Shown piece after piece: positions 1 through 12,540 of a stretch of 64,000 nucleotides of DNA. A program made the translations under genes and the position numbers. The notes under the pieces are model-generated. The model saw nothing but the letters and a program-made list of their open reading frames with translations, was not told where the DNA came from and did no database searches. Numbering within the stretch: position 1 is the first letter of the stretch; each line of letters starts with the position of its first letter. Source of the stretch: Dipteris shenzhenensis (lineage: Eukaryota); assembly GCA_047967505.1 (NCBI GenBank), contig CM106538.1; one strand, given 5' to 3'.

Positions 1-2239
1 CAATTGAAGAAAGAAGTTGAAGTCATTCTTATAATAACATGGACACAGACCTTAACATTTCATGTTTGTCATAGTCAAGCAAGAAGTGAAGTCATTGACA
101 CTGAACTTTCGTGATTTCCACAATGCATTGATCGTTTGCTTATTGCTCAATTCTGTTGATAAGTCTGCCGTCATACTGCCGTTTTAAGATATTTATGCTA
201 CTGTAGAACTTGAGTGACCATGGCCTGGCTAGAAACACAAAATCGGACTGATGCTGCAGTGCTGTGTCCGTGTTGTCTCATAATATAAGATAATGGGAAA
301 GGAATTCAAGACTAGACAGTTGCAAAGTAATGGTTTCCTCTCATTGGATGTCCCCTTGCTGATCTGAGTCACTGCTCTCTCTGTTTGCTCTGTGTGCCTG
401 ACATCCACCACTGTTCTTCCAATTCTAATTTATTTTCCAATGCTGTTTCTGAGCACCCTTTCACAATTGCCCAAGGGGCTATTCAAGAACAGTTGCCTTT
501 CTACATGGTCTGCATGTACTGTGAGTTCCTTTTGCTGGGTTCACATCAATGCATAGTTTTGCATGGCAGTAAAGTTTTCTATGGTCAAAAGTTCCTTGAG
601 AAAAGCACACAAAGAAGAGACGTTGTTGAATGGTTGTGGGGTATGCAACAAAGTATGGCCCTTGATATTGTCATTCTTGAGGAGGTATCCTCCAACCTGT
701 TGTGATGGTTGGTGTCTCATCAGATCGGACGCTTCTCTTCAGTTTCCATTCAAGAGACATTTTAGAGGCATGACTGTATATAGTCTGCGTTGCTAGAGCA
801 GGAATAACTTTTATGGGTACAACTTTCAACAGGGGTGCAGCTCTTAACACATGCCCTCTTCTGTGCTCGCACCTTTTCATTTTGTCATTGTCCACAAGAT
901 TCTGGAATTCAACATACAACTCTACGCTGCATGATGTTGTTTAGCTACGTGCTTTTTTGAATGCAGTCTAAACCTTTGCATAAACACTTGATCACTTTGA
1001 TTGGCTCAAGATCTGCTTAGGTGGGTTCAATAAATGGACTTTCTCTTGCTAATGCTAATTATGATATGTAGATGTCATAAGAAGTCTTTACGCTCACTGT
1101 CTGGGGCAGCAATCATTACTCCAGGTATTTGTCAGCAGCTCTTTAAGAAACTCAAGTGTATTAGAGTGAGTCTGCTAGACGGCAGCTGCTGCTTGGGTGC
1201 TGATGAGTAGATAAGTGTTGCTTGGCGCCCCCCCCCCCCCCCCCCCCCCCCAAACCAAACAAAAGGTATCTAAGGTAGCTATAGTTATCTACACTAGCTA
1301 TCTAAGGTAGCTATTAAAAGCCCCCTATCATTGATGACCAAGGCAAGGCCTCAAGGGTCAGGCAGCTTGTCATCGAGGTCAGAGCCTGCAATTTGTCATG
1401 GACCTTGGCCCATCTTTGGTATGTGTGCATCTGATTCCAATTGCATGAAGTGACTTCAAGACTGCCCTTTCATGTTGCTTCAAATTACACAACTCTTGCA
1501 TGCTTCATCTTGTGTAGGCTGCAGGGGACATCGAGTTTTCGAGGATCTATTAAGTATTCCATTTGTGTAGTTGGGTTTCTGTATCTTGTAGCATTCTTGG
1601 AGCAAGTAAGACACATGCTCTCTTTGTAACCACATGGAGCCTTGGTAGGGATAATTTTTTCATAGTGGTGACATTGCTTTGACTAAGTTAACAATCCTCA
1701 CTTTTTTGGTTATGGACAACACTACCCTCATGTAAGGCTCTGAGAACCAGGGTTTTCCGATGGGGAGAAGAACATAGAGCGGGCTGTGGCTCGTATAAGA
1801 GAGGAGCGGCACAGATATGGTATATCTGTGATGGTGGATGGATGGAGTTTTGCTCGTGGTCAAGGGCATTCTCGCATATTGTAGAGGCAAGTTGCGCTTC
1901 TTGTATTCATTCCAGATTGAGAAAGAATGATAGACCTGTGGAGTGAGCTAATGGAGAAGGTAGGGCCTCAACACGTCATTGAGTCCATTTCAGATGGTGA
2001 GGATGCAAGTTTGGGAGGAAGTCACTTTCTTTTTGTCCAGAGAAAAGAACCAACCATACAAATCAGCAATCCATGTGGCGCTGTTCATGGGAGAAAACTA
2101 AGGAAAGAAAACATTGGCTGACAACCAGCCTGTTTTCAGACAACCCAGCTCACTGCTTAGGGAGTCTCTGATATAGGGGTCAACAACTAAGGTGGTGAAT
2201 ACCTCACTTTGTGAATAAATAGAGGACACCAGCAAGACA

Positions 2240-2895
2240 AGCCTTGGAAAGAACGCTTGCCTGTCAGTGGTTGTCCGAGATTCCGCCCTCCCGTGCTCCC
2301 ATATGGCGCACAAGATGTAGATAATGTCTTGTCAAATTGCAAGGAGGGTGGCTGCTGGGGGGGTCTGGCAGTCTCCCATCACCAAGCTGCAATAGGCGAC
2401 CAAGATGGTCCAGGCAGGATGTTGGACATTGTCTCCCAAATAGTGTCGAAGAAAGATGACTTGGTCGGGAAGGAGGGGTCGCATCTGTACCTCGATCTTC
2501 TAAGCTGGTGTGACCATAAGGTCTAACCCCCTCCGTCACCAAGCTCCCCATACTCTAGGTGAAGTCCCTTTGTGTGTCGTAGTCACTATACAGAGGGCCC
2601 CCCGGCGAGATCCTTCATGCTGCGGGGCAGCTCCTTAGATAGTATGATATTGTCTCGAGATCCCTATCTGCGCATCAGTGGCACCTCCCACAAACGTGAC
2701 CAAAATTTGGAGATAACATCTTGGGGCACTTGTTGCTCGATCCAATGTCTCTCTAAGGAGTTATGGCTGCCGCGGCGCCGCCTCTAGCTAAAGGCGATGA
2801 TCAATGTGTGTCACGTATACGAAGAAGGGCATCTCCACCTCTCTCTCCAAGTGTCCTATTTTGGATGACCAAAACCACTTGCCCAGATCCTGTCG
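2240..2895 (-). mobile_element. LINE (L1-like) ORF2 C-terminal remnant, left part, split by the gypsy insertion
   Basis: Minus-strand translation with stops and frameshifts: RQDLGKWFWSSKIG...MPFFVY, ISKFWSRLWEVPLMRR, FDTIWETMSNIL/WTILVAYCSLVMG...AIxQDIIYILCAIWEH. This resembles the Trp-rich C-terminus of plant L1 ORF2 and continues the frame broken at 10246. Confidence 0.65.
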
Positions 2896-3334
2896 TGTAA
2901 GAAATTCTAGATTTACTATATTTAGGAATGTGCTAAGGAAGAGAAAGGAGACTGAAATAGCAGAGAACAAGGAATAATTGTATTGCTTGAGTGTCTGTAG
3001 TGTGTCATCCATACAATTGGGCCTCTCTTATTAGAGAGTGAAGAGTCACACATGAAAAGGTTTGTACTCCAAAGTGTATGTGCATGAAGAGGTGTGTACC
3101 CCTTGTGAAAGGTGTGACCCTTGATGAGAGGGTACATTACAATAGAAGTGTCTCTTCAATAGAATGTCTCTTGTGAAGGGTTGTGCCTCATAGGAAGTGT
3201 CCCGTCGAAAGGGCATAGGGTTGTGCCTCATAGGAAGTGTCCCGTCGAAAGGGCATACCCTTCCACAAGTGTCCATTCATCAAACCATCCATAAGTCTAG
3301 AAATAGAGAAAGGAATACGTCACAGATCGTGACA
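2896..3334 (-). repeat. 3' LTR of the chromovirus
   Basis: TGTAAGAAAT...CGTGACA on +; direct repeat of 9803-10245; adjacent to the PPT. Confidence 0.93.
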
Positions 3335-3390
3335 TCCCCTCCCACTCAAAAGAAGACCCTGGTGGAGATAATGAACTGATGTAGAAAATA

Positions 3391-6300
3391 TCATGGTAAA
3401 TTTTGAAAATACTGCTGTAAAATGTCAAGGTACTGCTGTAAGTCTTCATCAGATTGCCAAGTAGCGTCGGAGTCGTCCAGATCTCGCCAAAGAACAAGGA
3501 ATTCTGTGATAAGTCGATGTCAAGTCTCTCGCTGTCGATGGTCCAGAATACGTTCAGGAATAAGGAGAACATAATCGTCTTCGATTTCTGGGACATAATC
3601 ACCTGTAGGAGGAACTGCTTCATCACCTAGAATGTACGTCTTTAGCCAAGAAATATGAAATGTCAAGTGGATTTTACCCCATGATGGTGGTAATTCCAAT
3701 TTGTAACTTAAAGGTGAATTTTTCTTGACGATCCAGAAAGGTCGCAACTTAGGAAACACAGACTTAACCGTCTTATAGCGATGTGGGGCTACAAATAATA
3801 GCACCATGTCACCCGTGTCAAATTCCAAGTGACGCCTATGTTTGTTGGCAGACCGTTGATACGGCTCTTGCGCTTTTCGCATATGATCCCTGACTTGGAG
3901 TAGAATGTCTTGCATTTCTTGAACCAGTTGATCAGCTAGGGCCACTCGATGTTGAAGTACAAAATTCATTGGTACAATCGGAGTGTGTCCATAAGCTGCT
4001 TGGAATGGAGTCATGCTGATTTCACTATGGAAAGAGTTGTTACAAGCAAACTCAAGGAGTGGTAGATACTCTTCCCAAGCTGCTAGGCGTGACTGAATAT
4101 AATGTCGAAGCATTTCTTCCAGAACTTGGTTGACTCTTTTAGTTTGGCCATCTGATTTGGGGTGGTAGGCTGAACTGAACAGTAGAGTTGTTCCCAAAGA
4201 TTCAAACAGTGAAATCCAAAAGTGACTGGTAAACTTAGGATCTCTATCGGATATGATGTTCTTGGGCAATCCATGGTGTCAGAAGATGTGTTGTATGAAG
4301 AGTTTGGCGATGTCCGGAGCCTGTGCACTGCTTTTGCAAGCAACAAAGTGTGCCATTTTGGACAATCGATCAACAATTACCATAATCTGAGTGTTACCTC
4401 GGGAGGATCGTGGTAGTGTTGTAATGAAATCCATGGAAATACTTTCCCACTTTTCAGTTGGAACTGGAAGAGGCTGAAGAAGTCCTGCTGGGAGTCGTCG
4501 GCTTGCTTTCATTTGTTGACAAGATAAGCAAGATGTAACCATTTTGATGACGTCGCTTTTCATCTGAGGCCAGTAGTATGTTGCATTGAGTAACCTATAA
4601 GTCTTGTTGATGCCTGGATGGGCAGCGTAAGGAACTACATGATGCTCTTTTAACAAAAGACGTCGAACATCCTTGTCATGTGGTACACAGACGCGATCTT
4701 GATAATACATAAGGTCGTCCGTATAAGAATAGGATGAGAAAATCTTCTATTCGGAAGTCGAAGGTTGATCTTTTGAAAGAACTTGTATTGTTGTGCCGAA
4801 GTCTTTATCATTGAAATACTTTCCTTTGAATGAATTCGGAACATTTACAGATAATGTAGAGATTACCATAGCTGATGCTAGAGTTAACCTGCTGAGAGCA
4901 TCTGCAACTACATTGCGTAGTCCTGGAATGTACTCAATCGTCATGTGAAAGTTGGCCAGAAACTCAATCCAGCGTGCTTGTCGAGCGTTCATGACTGGCT
5001 GAGTAAAGATATACTTTAGAGAGTGATGGTCTGTCTTGACTACAGAGTCGGCTCCCATGAGATAATGTTTCCAAGAGCGATAAGCATGTACAACGGCAAG
5101 AAACTTCTTATCATAAACCGGGTATCGGGTTTGGATATTAGAATATTTATGGCTGTCAAAAGTAATAACTCTGCCTTCTTGCATCAAGACTACTCCTGTA
5201 GCGATGTCGGAAGCGTCGATCATGACCTCAAATGGAAGGTTTGGGTCAGCAATAGCCATAACTAGTGTGGTAGTGAGTGCTTGCTTGAGTTGTTGGAAAC
5301 TATACTCGGTTTCGGGAAGCCACTGAAAAACTGTTGTGCTTTTTAATAATTCGGACATAGGAGCTGCGATTTCGGAAAATTGATAGACCTTTGTATGGTA
5401 GAAGTTTGCCAATCCGAGAAAAGAGCGGACATCATGAACAGTCTTATGAGTAGGCCAGTTTCGGATTACCTCGACCTTCTTGGGATCCACAGAGATGCCT
5501 TGAGCTGAAATAACATGTTCCAAATATTCGAGTTGGGTCTTGAAGAACTCACTCTTCTGAATGTTGATGTAGAGAGAATTTGCGCGGAGAACTTCAAAAA
5601 CTTGGTGAAGATGTTGTTTGTGCTCATGTAGGGATCTGCTGAAAACAAGGATGTCATCGAGGTAAACGATGACGAACTTATCAAGGAAAGGCCTGAAGAT
5701 GTCGTTCATGAGTGTCATGAATGTGGCCGGGGCATTGTTTAACCCAAAAGGCATGACCAAACATTCATAGTGTCCATACTTTGTTCGAAAAGCTGTCTTG
5801 TACTCATCGCCTTCTCGTATGCGAATTTGATGATAACCTGAACGAAGATCAATCTTTGAGAATTGTGTTGCGTGTAGAAGTTGATCGAAGAGGTCATCGA
5901 TGCGAGGCAATGGATACTTGTTTTTGATAGTGAGCTTGTTGAGGGCTCGGTAGTCGATGTAGAGGCGCATTGACTTATTCTTTTTTTCCACAAGTAGTAC
6001 AGGAGATCCGAAAGGGCTGCGACTGGGTTGAATGTGACCTTTGTCGAGTAGTTCGGTCACCTATCTTTGGATTTCTTCATTTTGAGTGTAAGAAACCCGA
6101 TACGGAGGTTTCGACGATGGATTACTGCGGGGAATAAGTTCGATTGGGTGATCCATTGGTCGTCGAGGTGGTAACTGCTTTGGCAATTCATGTGGAAAAA
6201 TATCTAGGTAGGGCTGGAAAAAAGGTTGGTTGAGGTATTCAGGAGGATCCTTTGTTGGTGTCTCCTCTACTGCCGTAACCAACAGAAGTGAAGTCTTTAC

Positions 6301-7988
6301 TTGACGTTTACGAACCCACTTCTTTACTTGTAGGGCAGAGGCAACTGGGGTTGAAGGACAGTCCCTTAAATCGGTGGACAAACTGGATAGTATGGCTGCG
6401 AAAACTGATTGATGGATCATAGTCGTAGAGCCACTGTTGTCCAAGCATGACATCGTACCGAGAAAGGGGCATGATGTCGAAGTTCAACTTGTCCATATAA
6501 TGTTGGATGCGAAAAGCAAGTTTTTGATCCTGGTGTTGCACAAGAAGGTAGTTCCATTTGCGAGTTCAATCTGATAGTCCATGAGACTAGGACTGGTGGT
6601 CAACCGAAGTTTGTCGACCATAGAACTAGCTAGGAAGTTATGAGAGCAGCCACTGTCGATGAGGATAGTGACCGTTGTTCCACGAATCGATCCTTGAACA
6701 CAAAGTACTTGAGTGGCCAGGGAAGGTTTGGGGTTGCTGGCAAGGCTCCGGTGGATGGTATTCGCCATTCGAACAGCTTTGCCTTCCTTGTCTTGTGCTG
6801 GGGTAGCATCTTCTGTATGGGAAGTGCTAGGTTCCATATTGGAATTTTTCTTTGGTCGCTTGGGACAATCGAACCATCTATGGTCGCCTGTGCAGATGGT
6901 ACAAAGTCCTTTTGTGCTGGAGTTGTTCTTCTTGTTAGTGGCCGCACCTTTATGTTGGGGATGTCGGTAATGACTTTGTGTAGAAGAAGAGGCGCGATCC
7001 TTGGAGGAGTGCTTCTGTTGGAATCCAGCATACGATTTTTGAGACTTCGGGGGCTCTTGAGACTGTCGCTGACCTTGATTACTCGAGTTTTTTCTAAACC
7101 TGGGGTTATCTTAAGGACGAGTACCTTTGGCCATAGTAGAGTTCTGTGTGCAATTAGCACTCTGCTTCCCTGTGTTTTGGAAATCTGTAATGCGCTCTGC
7201 ATAAGCAATAGCGCCAGCCGTGATGGTGATGTTAGCTTTAAGGACATCAATGCGTAACGAGGGATTTAGGCCTGAGATGAAAGCATGAAGGCGATCATCC
7301 TCAGTTAAACCATCAATCTCCAGCACCAATGTGGTGAACTGAGGGAGCCTGTTTGCTCCAACTGTCGGAGTTTTGATCGTGCTTGGAAGTCCGCATTGGC
7401 AGGTATGAACTGCTTACGGAGCACGTGTTCAAAAAGTTCCCATGTTAACACACTTTTGCTGTCCTTTAAGCGTCTTTGCCACCATAGGAAAGCTGTATCC
7501 TTAAGGAGGGAGGCTGCCAAGGCGATCTTTTTGCCTTCAGTGAGGTCAACAATATCAAAGTACATGCGCAATTTTGCGAGCCATTGGCCAACTGTTTGGC
7601 GATTTCGTTGACCAGTGTAGGCTTTCGGAAGTTTAATGTCAAGTCTTTTAGTTTTGGAAGCTTGGAGTAAACAGTAGAGAGCACGGAGTTCAGTATTTTC
7701 TACCTCAGGTGGGAATGAATCCGGATAGTCGTCTGGTGATGTCACGTCATCCTCTGTATGTGTGGTACTGCGAGAATCTTGGAGGAGTTGGACTTTTTGG
7801 ACCAAGTCGGAGATGCTGTTCTCAAGCTGGGAAATTTGAAGTTGCAGTAGTGTTTCGCCTTGTATGTTGACTTCAGGGGTCTTTTTTGGACTTGAGTCTT
7901 TGATCTCTGAAGAGGTTGCACGCGAGCATTGCGACATATCTGACGTCCCTGTGAGAAAAGCACAAACCTGCGCTCTAGTTTGTACCAT
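3391..7988 (-). pseudogene. Chromoviral gag-pol pseudogene (Gag, protease, RT, RNase H, integrase, chromodomain)
   Basis: Gag (7305-7988, AFLWWQ...FIPANADFQARSKLRQLEQTG); PR LIDSGCSHNF (6484-6837); RT YLDD and RH DAS (4747-6060); INT HHCC and ISMDF/SDRD/DGQTKRVN (3520-4710). Chromodomain PERILDHR..*HRLITEFLVLWRDLDDSDATWQS ends at 3391. Several in-frame stops and frameshifts. Confidence 0.92.
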
Positions 7989-8226
7989 TCCTGGAAGAAG
8001 ATTCGGGCTGCTCCCTGAGGTTGCTCATGTTGGAGGGGCAGGCGAGGCAGGATGGAACCACCCATGGAAATCTGGTGAAGGAGGTCCTGTCTGAGGTAAC
8101 ACTAGTGATGCCGAAATGGGTGTTACTGCTCGTGAGAGTATAGGAGTAGGTTGCAGAGTCCATGGATCTGAGAAGGGATAAGGAGTTGCTGTCGGGAGTG
8201 GAGGATATTCAGGAGAAGGAGTGCCT

Positions 8227-8751
8227 TCAGAGTGTAAAACTGTCTTGGGGAAGGTACAACCTGTATGGGAGGATATCTGGGAGCTGAAGGAGGTGGAGAG
8301 TACCCTGGAGATGCCGAAGGTGAGGGGTAAAATTCTCTTCAAAGATGGACAGCGAACTCGTGAGGAATATCGGGTTCTGGGTACCTTCGTGTCTCGTGGA
8401 ACACAACCTGGAGGGTGCTGAGGAAGTAATGTAATTGAGGTGCCTCACACAGAAGGTATAGGATGTGGTCCAAATCACTAGGAGGGCACGTGACACAGAA
8501 GACCCACGATGCCAAAGCTCCGAAATGGGCTGGTTGTGCAATTTGAACACGATATTGTGTGGTAGATGATGCCTGAGGTGTCCTTGAAATGCCGGGTGAA
8601 TTACCTGCTTTAAGGGAGCGTCTTTCATTTGCTGTAATTTGATAATGACAAGAGAATCCTTAGAAGTAGAATGGAAAGAATCCACCTGGCAATGATTTAA
8701 TCTGCCAATTTGTTGCGTAGAAGGCTTGCAGATTTCTGTCCGGAGGTCCAT
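8227..8751 (-). CDS. Putative extra ORF in the chromovirus 5' internal region, function unknown
   Basis: ATG-initiated 174-aa ORF between PBS and gag. The same frame continues past two TGA codons to a stop overlapping the gag start. No recognisable domain. Confidence 0.3.
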   Translation of the reverse strand: MDLRTEICKPSTQQIGRLNHCQVDSFHSTSKDSLVIIKLQQMKDAPLKQVIHPAFQGHLRHHLPHNIVFKLHNQPISELWHRGSSVSRALLVIWTTSYTFCVRHLNYITSSAPSRLCSTRHEGTQNPIFLTSSLSIFEENFTPHLRHLQGTLHLLQLPDILPYRLYLPQDSFTL

Positions 8752-9802
8752 GTTGCAGTGGGTTGCAAGGAGTAGATCTGGGCCTGGCTGGTCCGGATTG
8801 GAAAACAGGAACAGGGTGCATTTAACAGGCTGTCTTCATCGCGATAGGAAGGCTGAACCGCTGCTGATCTGGCAGGTAAGGTGGCGCAACAAGGGGGGAG
8901 GGCAGGCTGTCAATGGCGAAAGGCGTCAAAGGCTGCAGGCTGGATCACGATGGAGGCTGGCGAAACCAGGCTGCAGCTTCCAAGGCTGATTTGCGGCAGA
9001 TATGGCAGGCTGACGCTGATCTAGCGCTGCAGGCTGGCAGGGAACCAGGGCCGAAAACTGGCGAGGCTAGGGGCTGCATATGGCGAGGGGAGCAGGGCAG
9101 CGAAATGGCGAGGGCAGGGGCTGCGCAGGTAGGCAAACCTGTTTGACGAAAAACTGTATGGGCGTTGAAATGGATCGTCCCTTTTGTCTTTTCGGTTGGG
9201 CTGCCTACATTGGGTGGTTGCCCAAAAAATTTAAAGGGTGGGTTTATTTGACCCTTGGGTAATCTAGGGTAGACCTAAGGTTTGGGGCTGGGTTTTACTT
9301 TTTAACCCCTCTAGGTACCCTTTTATATAAGGTGCTTGGTTCCAAAAGGTGTGCCTATTCGAAGGGGTGTGACCCTTGGAATAGGTGCACCTTTTCATGA
9401 AGGGGTGTGTCCCTGTTTGTAAAAGGGGTGTCCCCACATGAATAGGTGTGTCCTTTTTGCCACGATGGGGTGTGTCCCTTGGGTGAGGAGTCAAGACTCT
9501 TCATCAAAAGGTGTGTCCGATGGTGGAAAAGGTGCGTCCCTTGGTTTTGGGACAGCCCAAGCACATGAAAAGACATGATTTTTGTCGTGTCCATTCACAT
9601 CAACTCGTGATGTGTGGGAGATGGAGAGGCCATTGATGACTTTAGGCAAGGTTGGCGCTAAAAATTTTTACGCTCATTCTCTCCATCTCTTCCATGCACA
9701 ATGTGCACGGATATCCTTCTAGCGGAAAGAGATGTATCAGAAAGGCGCTAGAAGGTGGAGGGCATTTCCTACGGGCAGGAGCGAAATTTGCTCTGATACC
9801 AC

Positions 9803-10245
9803 TATAAGAAATCCTAGATTTACTATATTTAGAAATGTGCTAAGGAACAGAAAGGAGACTGAAATAGCAAAGAACAAGGAATTGCTTGAGTGTCTGTAGT
9901 GTAGCTGTAGTGTGTCATCCATACAATTGGGCCTCTCTTATATAGAGAGTGAAGAGTCACACATGAAAAGGTGTGTACTCCAAAGTGTATGTGCATGAAG
10001 AGGTGTGTACCCCTTGTGAAAGGTGTGACCCTTGATGAGAGGGTACATTACAATAGAAGTGTCTCTTCAATAGAATGTCTCTTGTGAAGGGTTGTGCCTC
10101 ATAGGAAGTGTCCCGTCGAAAGGGCATAGGGTTGTGCCTCATAGGAAGTGTCTCGTCGAAAGGGCATACCCTTCCACAAGTGTCCATTCATTAAACCATC
10201 CATAAGTCTAGAAATAGAGAAAGGAATATGTCACAGATCGTGACA
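9803..10245 (-). repeat. 5' LTR of the chromovirus
   Basis: Direct repeat of 2896-3334; adjacent to the PBS; TATA-like CTATATAAG on the minus strand near 9937-9945. Confidence 0.93.
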
Positions 10246-11430
10246 CGTCGTACCTCACGAAGGGGCTTGCCCTCCCACAACCAGAGGCGCCAACCGTCGT
10301 GACCTGAAGGTACTGGTGTTGGGTCGATAGTCCAGCCCTTGCCCAATTGGCCCACTTCTTTGACCGTCTTCCTCTCAACAAGATCTAGGGACCCATCCAT
10401 CTCAAGTCTCCATTCGGATTTGGTTGAAGAAGACCTCCTAGCCCACCTAAATTGCTTGGAGCCAAAGGATCAAAGGTCTCGGTATAGAAACAAGATTCTC
10501 AGGGGCAACCCTGTCCGAGAGAACTGTCCATAGCAGCTCGGGGGAGCTGAGGCGCTATGAAATTCATGCCTCCCAAGACTAAGGGGTGGTGGTGAGTGTA
10601 TCTGAAGGCTTGCCCCATGCAGTTGAGAGATGGCTCTTGCCCGTGCCTCTGTCTCAGCGTGAAGACAACTTGAAGGCTTGAAAGAATTGGTTGGGCCACT
10701 GTCGCGCTGCACCCAGCCAATATGCATCCATTGCCCGAGCATGAGGCCCTCTTGATCCCAAACCTCGAGGTACCATATAAGGGGCTTGCATTGAAACTCC
10801 TCACGGCACCGTGGGCTGGCTTGAATGAGTCCTCTTGATAGGCACTGTTGAACTCTGTGTAGACTCCTCATTGGAGGCGAGTGCCTCTTGGTGAGGGGGG
10901 ACCTCTAAGAAGATCCACAGTTGAGGCTGCTGCCACTGACCTCTTGGTGCGGGGCTGTTCTTGAGAAGCTCTCTTTGAAGCAAGAGCTTCCAAAGATCCG
11001 AGCCTAGGATGATGCCTTCCCTTTGTCTAGGACAGGATCACTGTCTGCGAGGCAACCTTGGCTCTAGTGTTGCCCATGCCATCTTATCCTGCCCACAAGA
11101 AGTTGCGCACCAAGCGCCTGATCTGTCCCATGCAGCATCTATGAAAACACCAGCACAAGGCTATTAACCAGGCTGTGGCCAAAAGGACCAAGTTGGTCAT
11201 AAGGCCTCGCCCTGCTAGGGAGAGTTTGGAGGAGCTCCAATACAAGAGCTTTCGCCACACACTCTCTAGCATAGGGGCAACCTGCTGCTCCGCTGAAATG
11301 TCAATGCCAACCGGGCCTTGCTGTCTGACCTTGTGGGCCCAGTCCGCGATCTCCTGAACCTCCTCTTTTGCTGTGAGGAAGCCCACTTATTTCATCCAGT
11401 TGATCCTGGCCCTAGATGCCCGCTGCTGAT
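10246..11430 (-). mobile_element. LINE (L1-like) ORF2 remnant (RT C-terminal region), right part
   Basis: ASRARINWMK...PMLESVWRKLLYWSSSKLSLAGRGLMTNLVLLATAW...IRRLVRNFLWAG*DG..TRAKVA, then LWKLLLQ...KPLIW...WLWEGKPLREVR. These are typical post-RT motifs of plant L1 ORF2. Confidence 0.8.
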
Positions 11431-11868
11431 GCTGAAGTGCTAGATGCTGCCACTGGTCCATGGGCTGTTGCTGCCCGGAACTGGAGGAGCTGTTGCATCT
11501 TCTGGTTTGTGATGCCATTTCCACAAACTGATTTGTGAGTTTACAGACTGGCCAAAATGCCTCAAATGTTCTTCCAACCATTCACTCCTGCCCTTTAGTT
11601 TCTAGATGGTAGGCAGCGCTAGATGTGACCTGAGCTCCCATGATAGTGAACAGTTTCTTCCTGGAATTCATAAATTTAGCATCTCTATCAGGTAATAGTA
11701 CTTGTGATAGCGCAAACTTGAGGATGAGCTGCTTAAAAGAGGCGTCAGTAGCAAATTTTTGTTTGGAAACGAAAAAAGTCCTTTCAATCTATAAGCTGGA
11801 TATTCCCAGGAATAGTGAGCCTCGTTTCAATTATATTATAAGTTGGATACTCCAAAGAATAAGGGTCC

Positions 11869-12390
11869 TGACACGACCCAGCACTCCTGAAACCCCTGAT
11901 CTGCAAAACAACCACACACAACATCAGAACTGAGCAGGCTGCTCACCACCCAACCGTGACATCTACGGGATGTGATCCCGAATCAGAAGATGTCCCCTCC
12001 GAGCCACGAGCTGAGCTACTGGCACGAACTCCCAATCAGATCCCAACCAGCCTGGTGTCCCATACCACCAGGTGGCGCTGTGAAGCCCTGGATCTGCCAC
12101 TGGGCCTTGGGCTACGCTAAGATGCAGGCGCGCGTCCGCGACACAATCCAGGATCAGACCTAGCACCTGGGAACGAGACTCACTCCCAACTGCACACTGA
12201 GAACTGAACCCCCTGGGCCTCTTTTATAGACTCGAGCCCCGGCGCCAAAAATAGCGAAGGCCTATAAATAGTTCGTACCCTTGCCACTCAACTCGAGAAT
12301 CAAGCCTGCCTAGCTCTAAGCCTCCCCAGGCTAACCTGAGCTAGTTCTGTGTACCTAGTACACGTCAGATACCAATCCGTGCACATGACA
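11869..12390. mobile_element. Solo LTR (522 bp)
   Basis: Starts TGACACG, ends CATGACA. Flanked by an identical 5-bp TSD GGTCC (11864-11868 and 12391-12395). TATA-like motifs near 12221 and 12263. No internal coding region. Confidence 0.7.
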
Positions 12391-12540
12391 GGTCCTGCAA
12401 AGTTTGGAAAATATTTTATACCCAATTGTTGTGAGCTTCAGTAATTACATGCTCTTAACTTCATTTTTGTCTTCTTGAAAATCATGATATCTGAGGTGCC
12501 ACTCATAGGATGATATTAAGGACTAGATTTGACAAACTTG

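Larger units (their letters stand above)
2896..10245 (-). mobile_element. Full-length but decayed Ty3/gypsy chromovirus LTR retrotransposon
   Basis: LTRs at 2896-3334 and 9803-10245. PBS complementary to tRNA-iMet (GCTCTGATACCA, 9790-9801 on +). PPT (TCCCCTCCC on +) at 3335. Near-TSD TGTCG/CGTCG. Domain order gag-PR-RT-RH-INT-chromodomain on the minus strand. Confidence 0.95.

Noticed and set aside
229-920. Short ORFs with a faint PPR-like flavour (RDVV..W, MVVGYA)
   Set aside because: Too fragmentary across frames; no coherent repeat unit and no SKIP35 similarity.
1228-1251. Poly-C run
   Set aside because: Simple homopolymer with no further structure.
1660-2200. Minus-strand frame with gag-like or LINE-like words (WIADLYGWFF, NGLNDVLRPYL, SIWNEYKKRN)
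   Set aside because: Probably TE-derived but cannot be assigned to a family by eye.
6640-7257. 205-aa plus-strand ORF
   Set aside because: Antisense shadow of the chromovirus gag/PR region.
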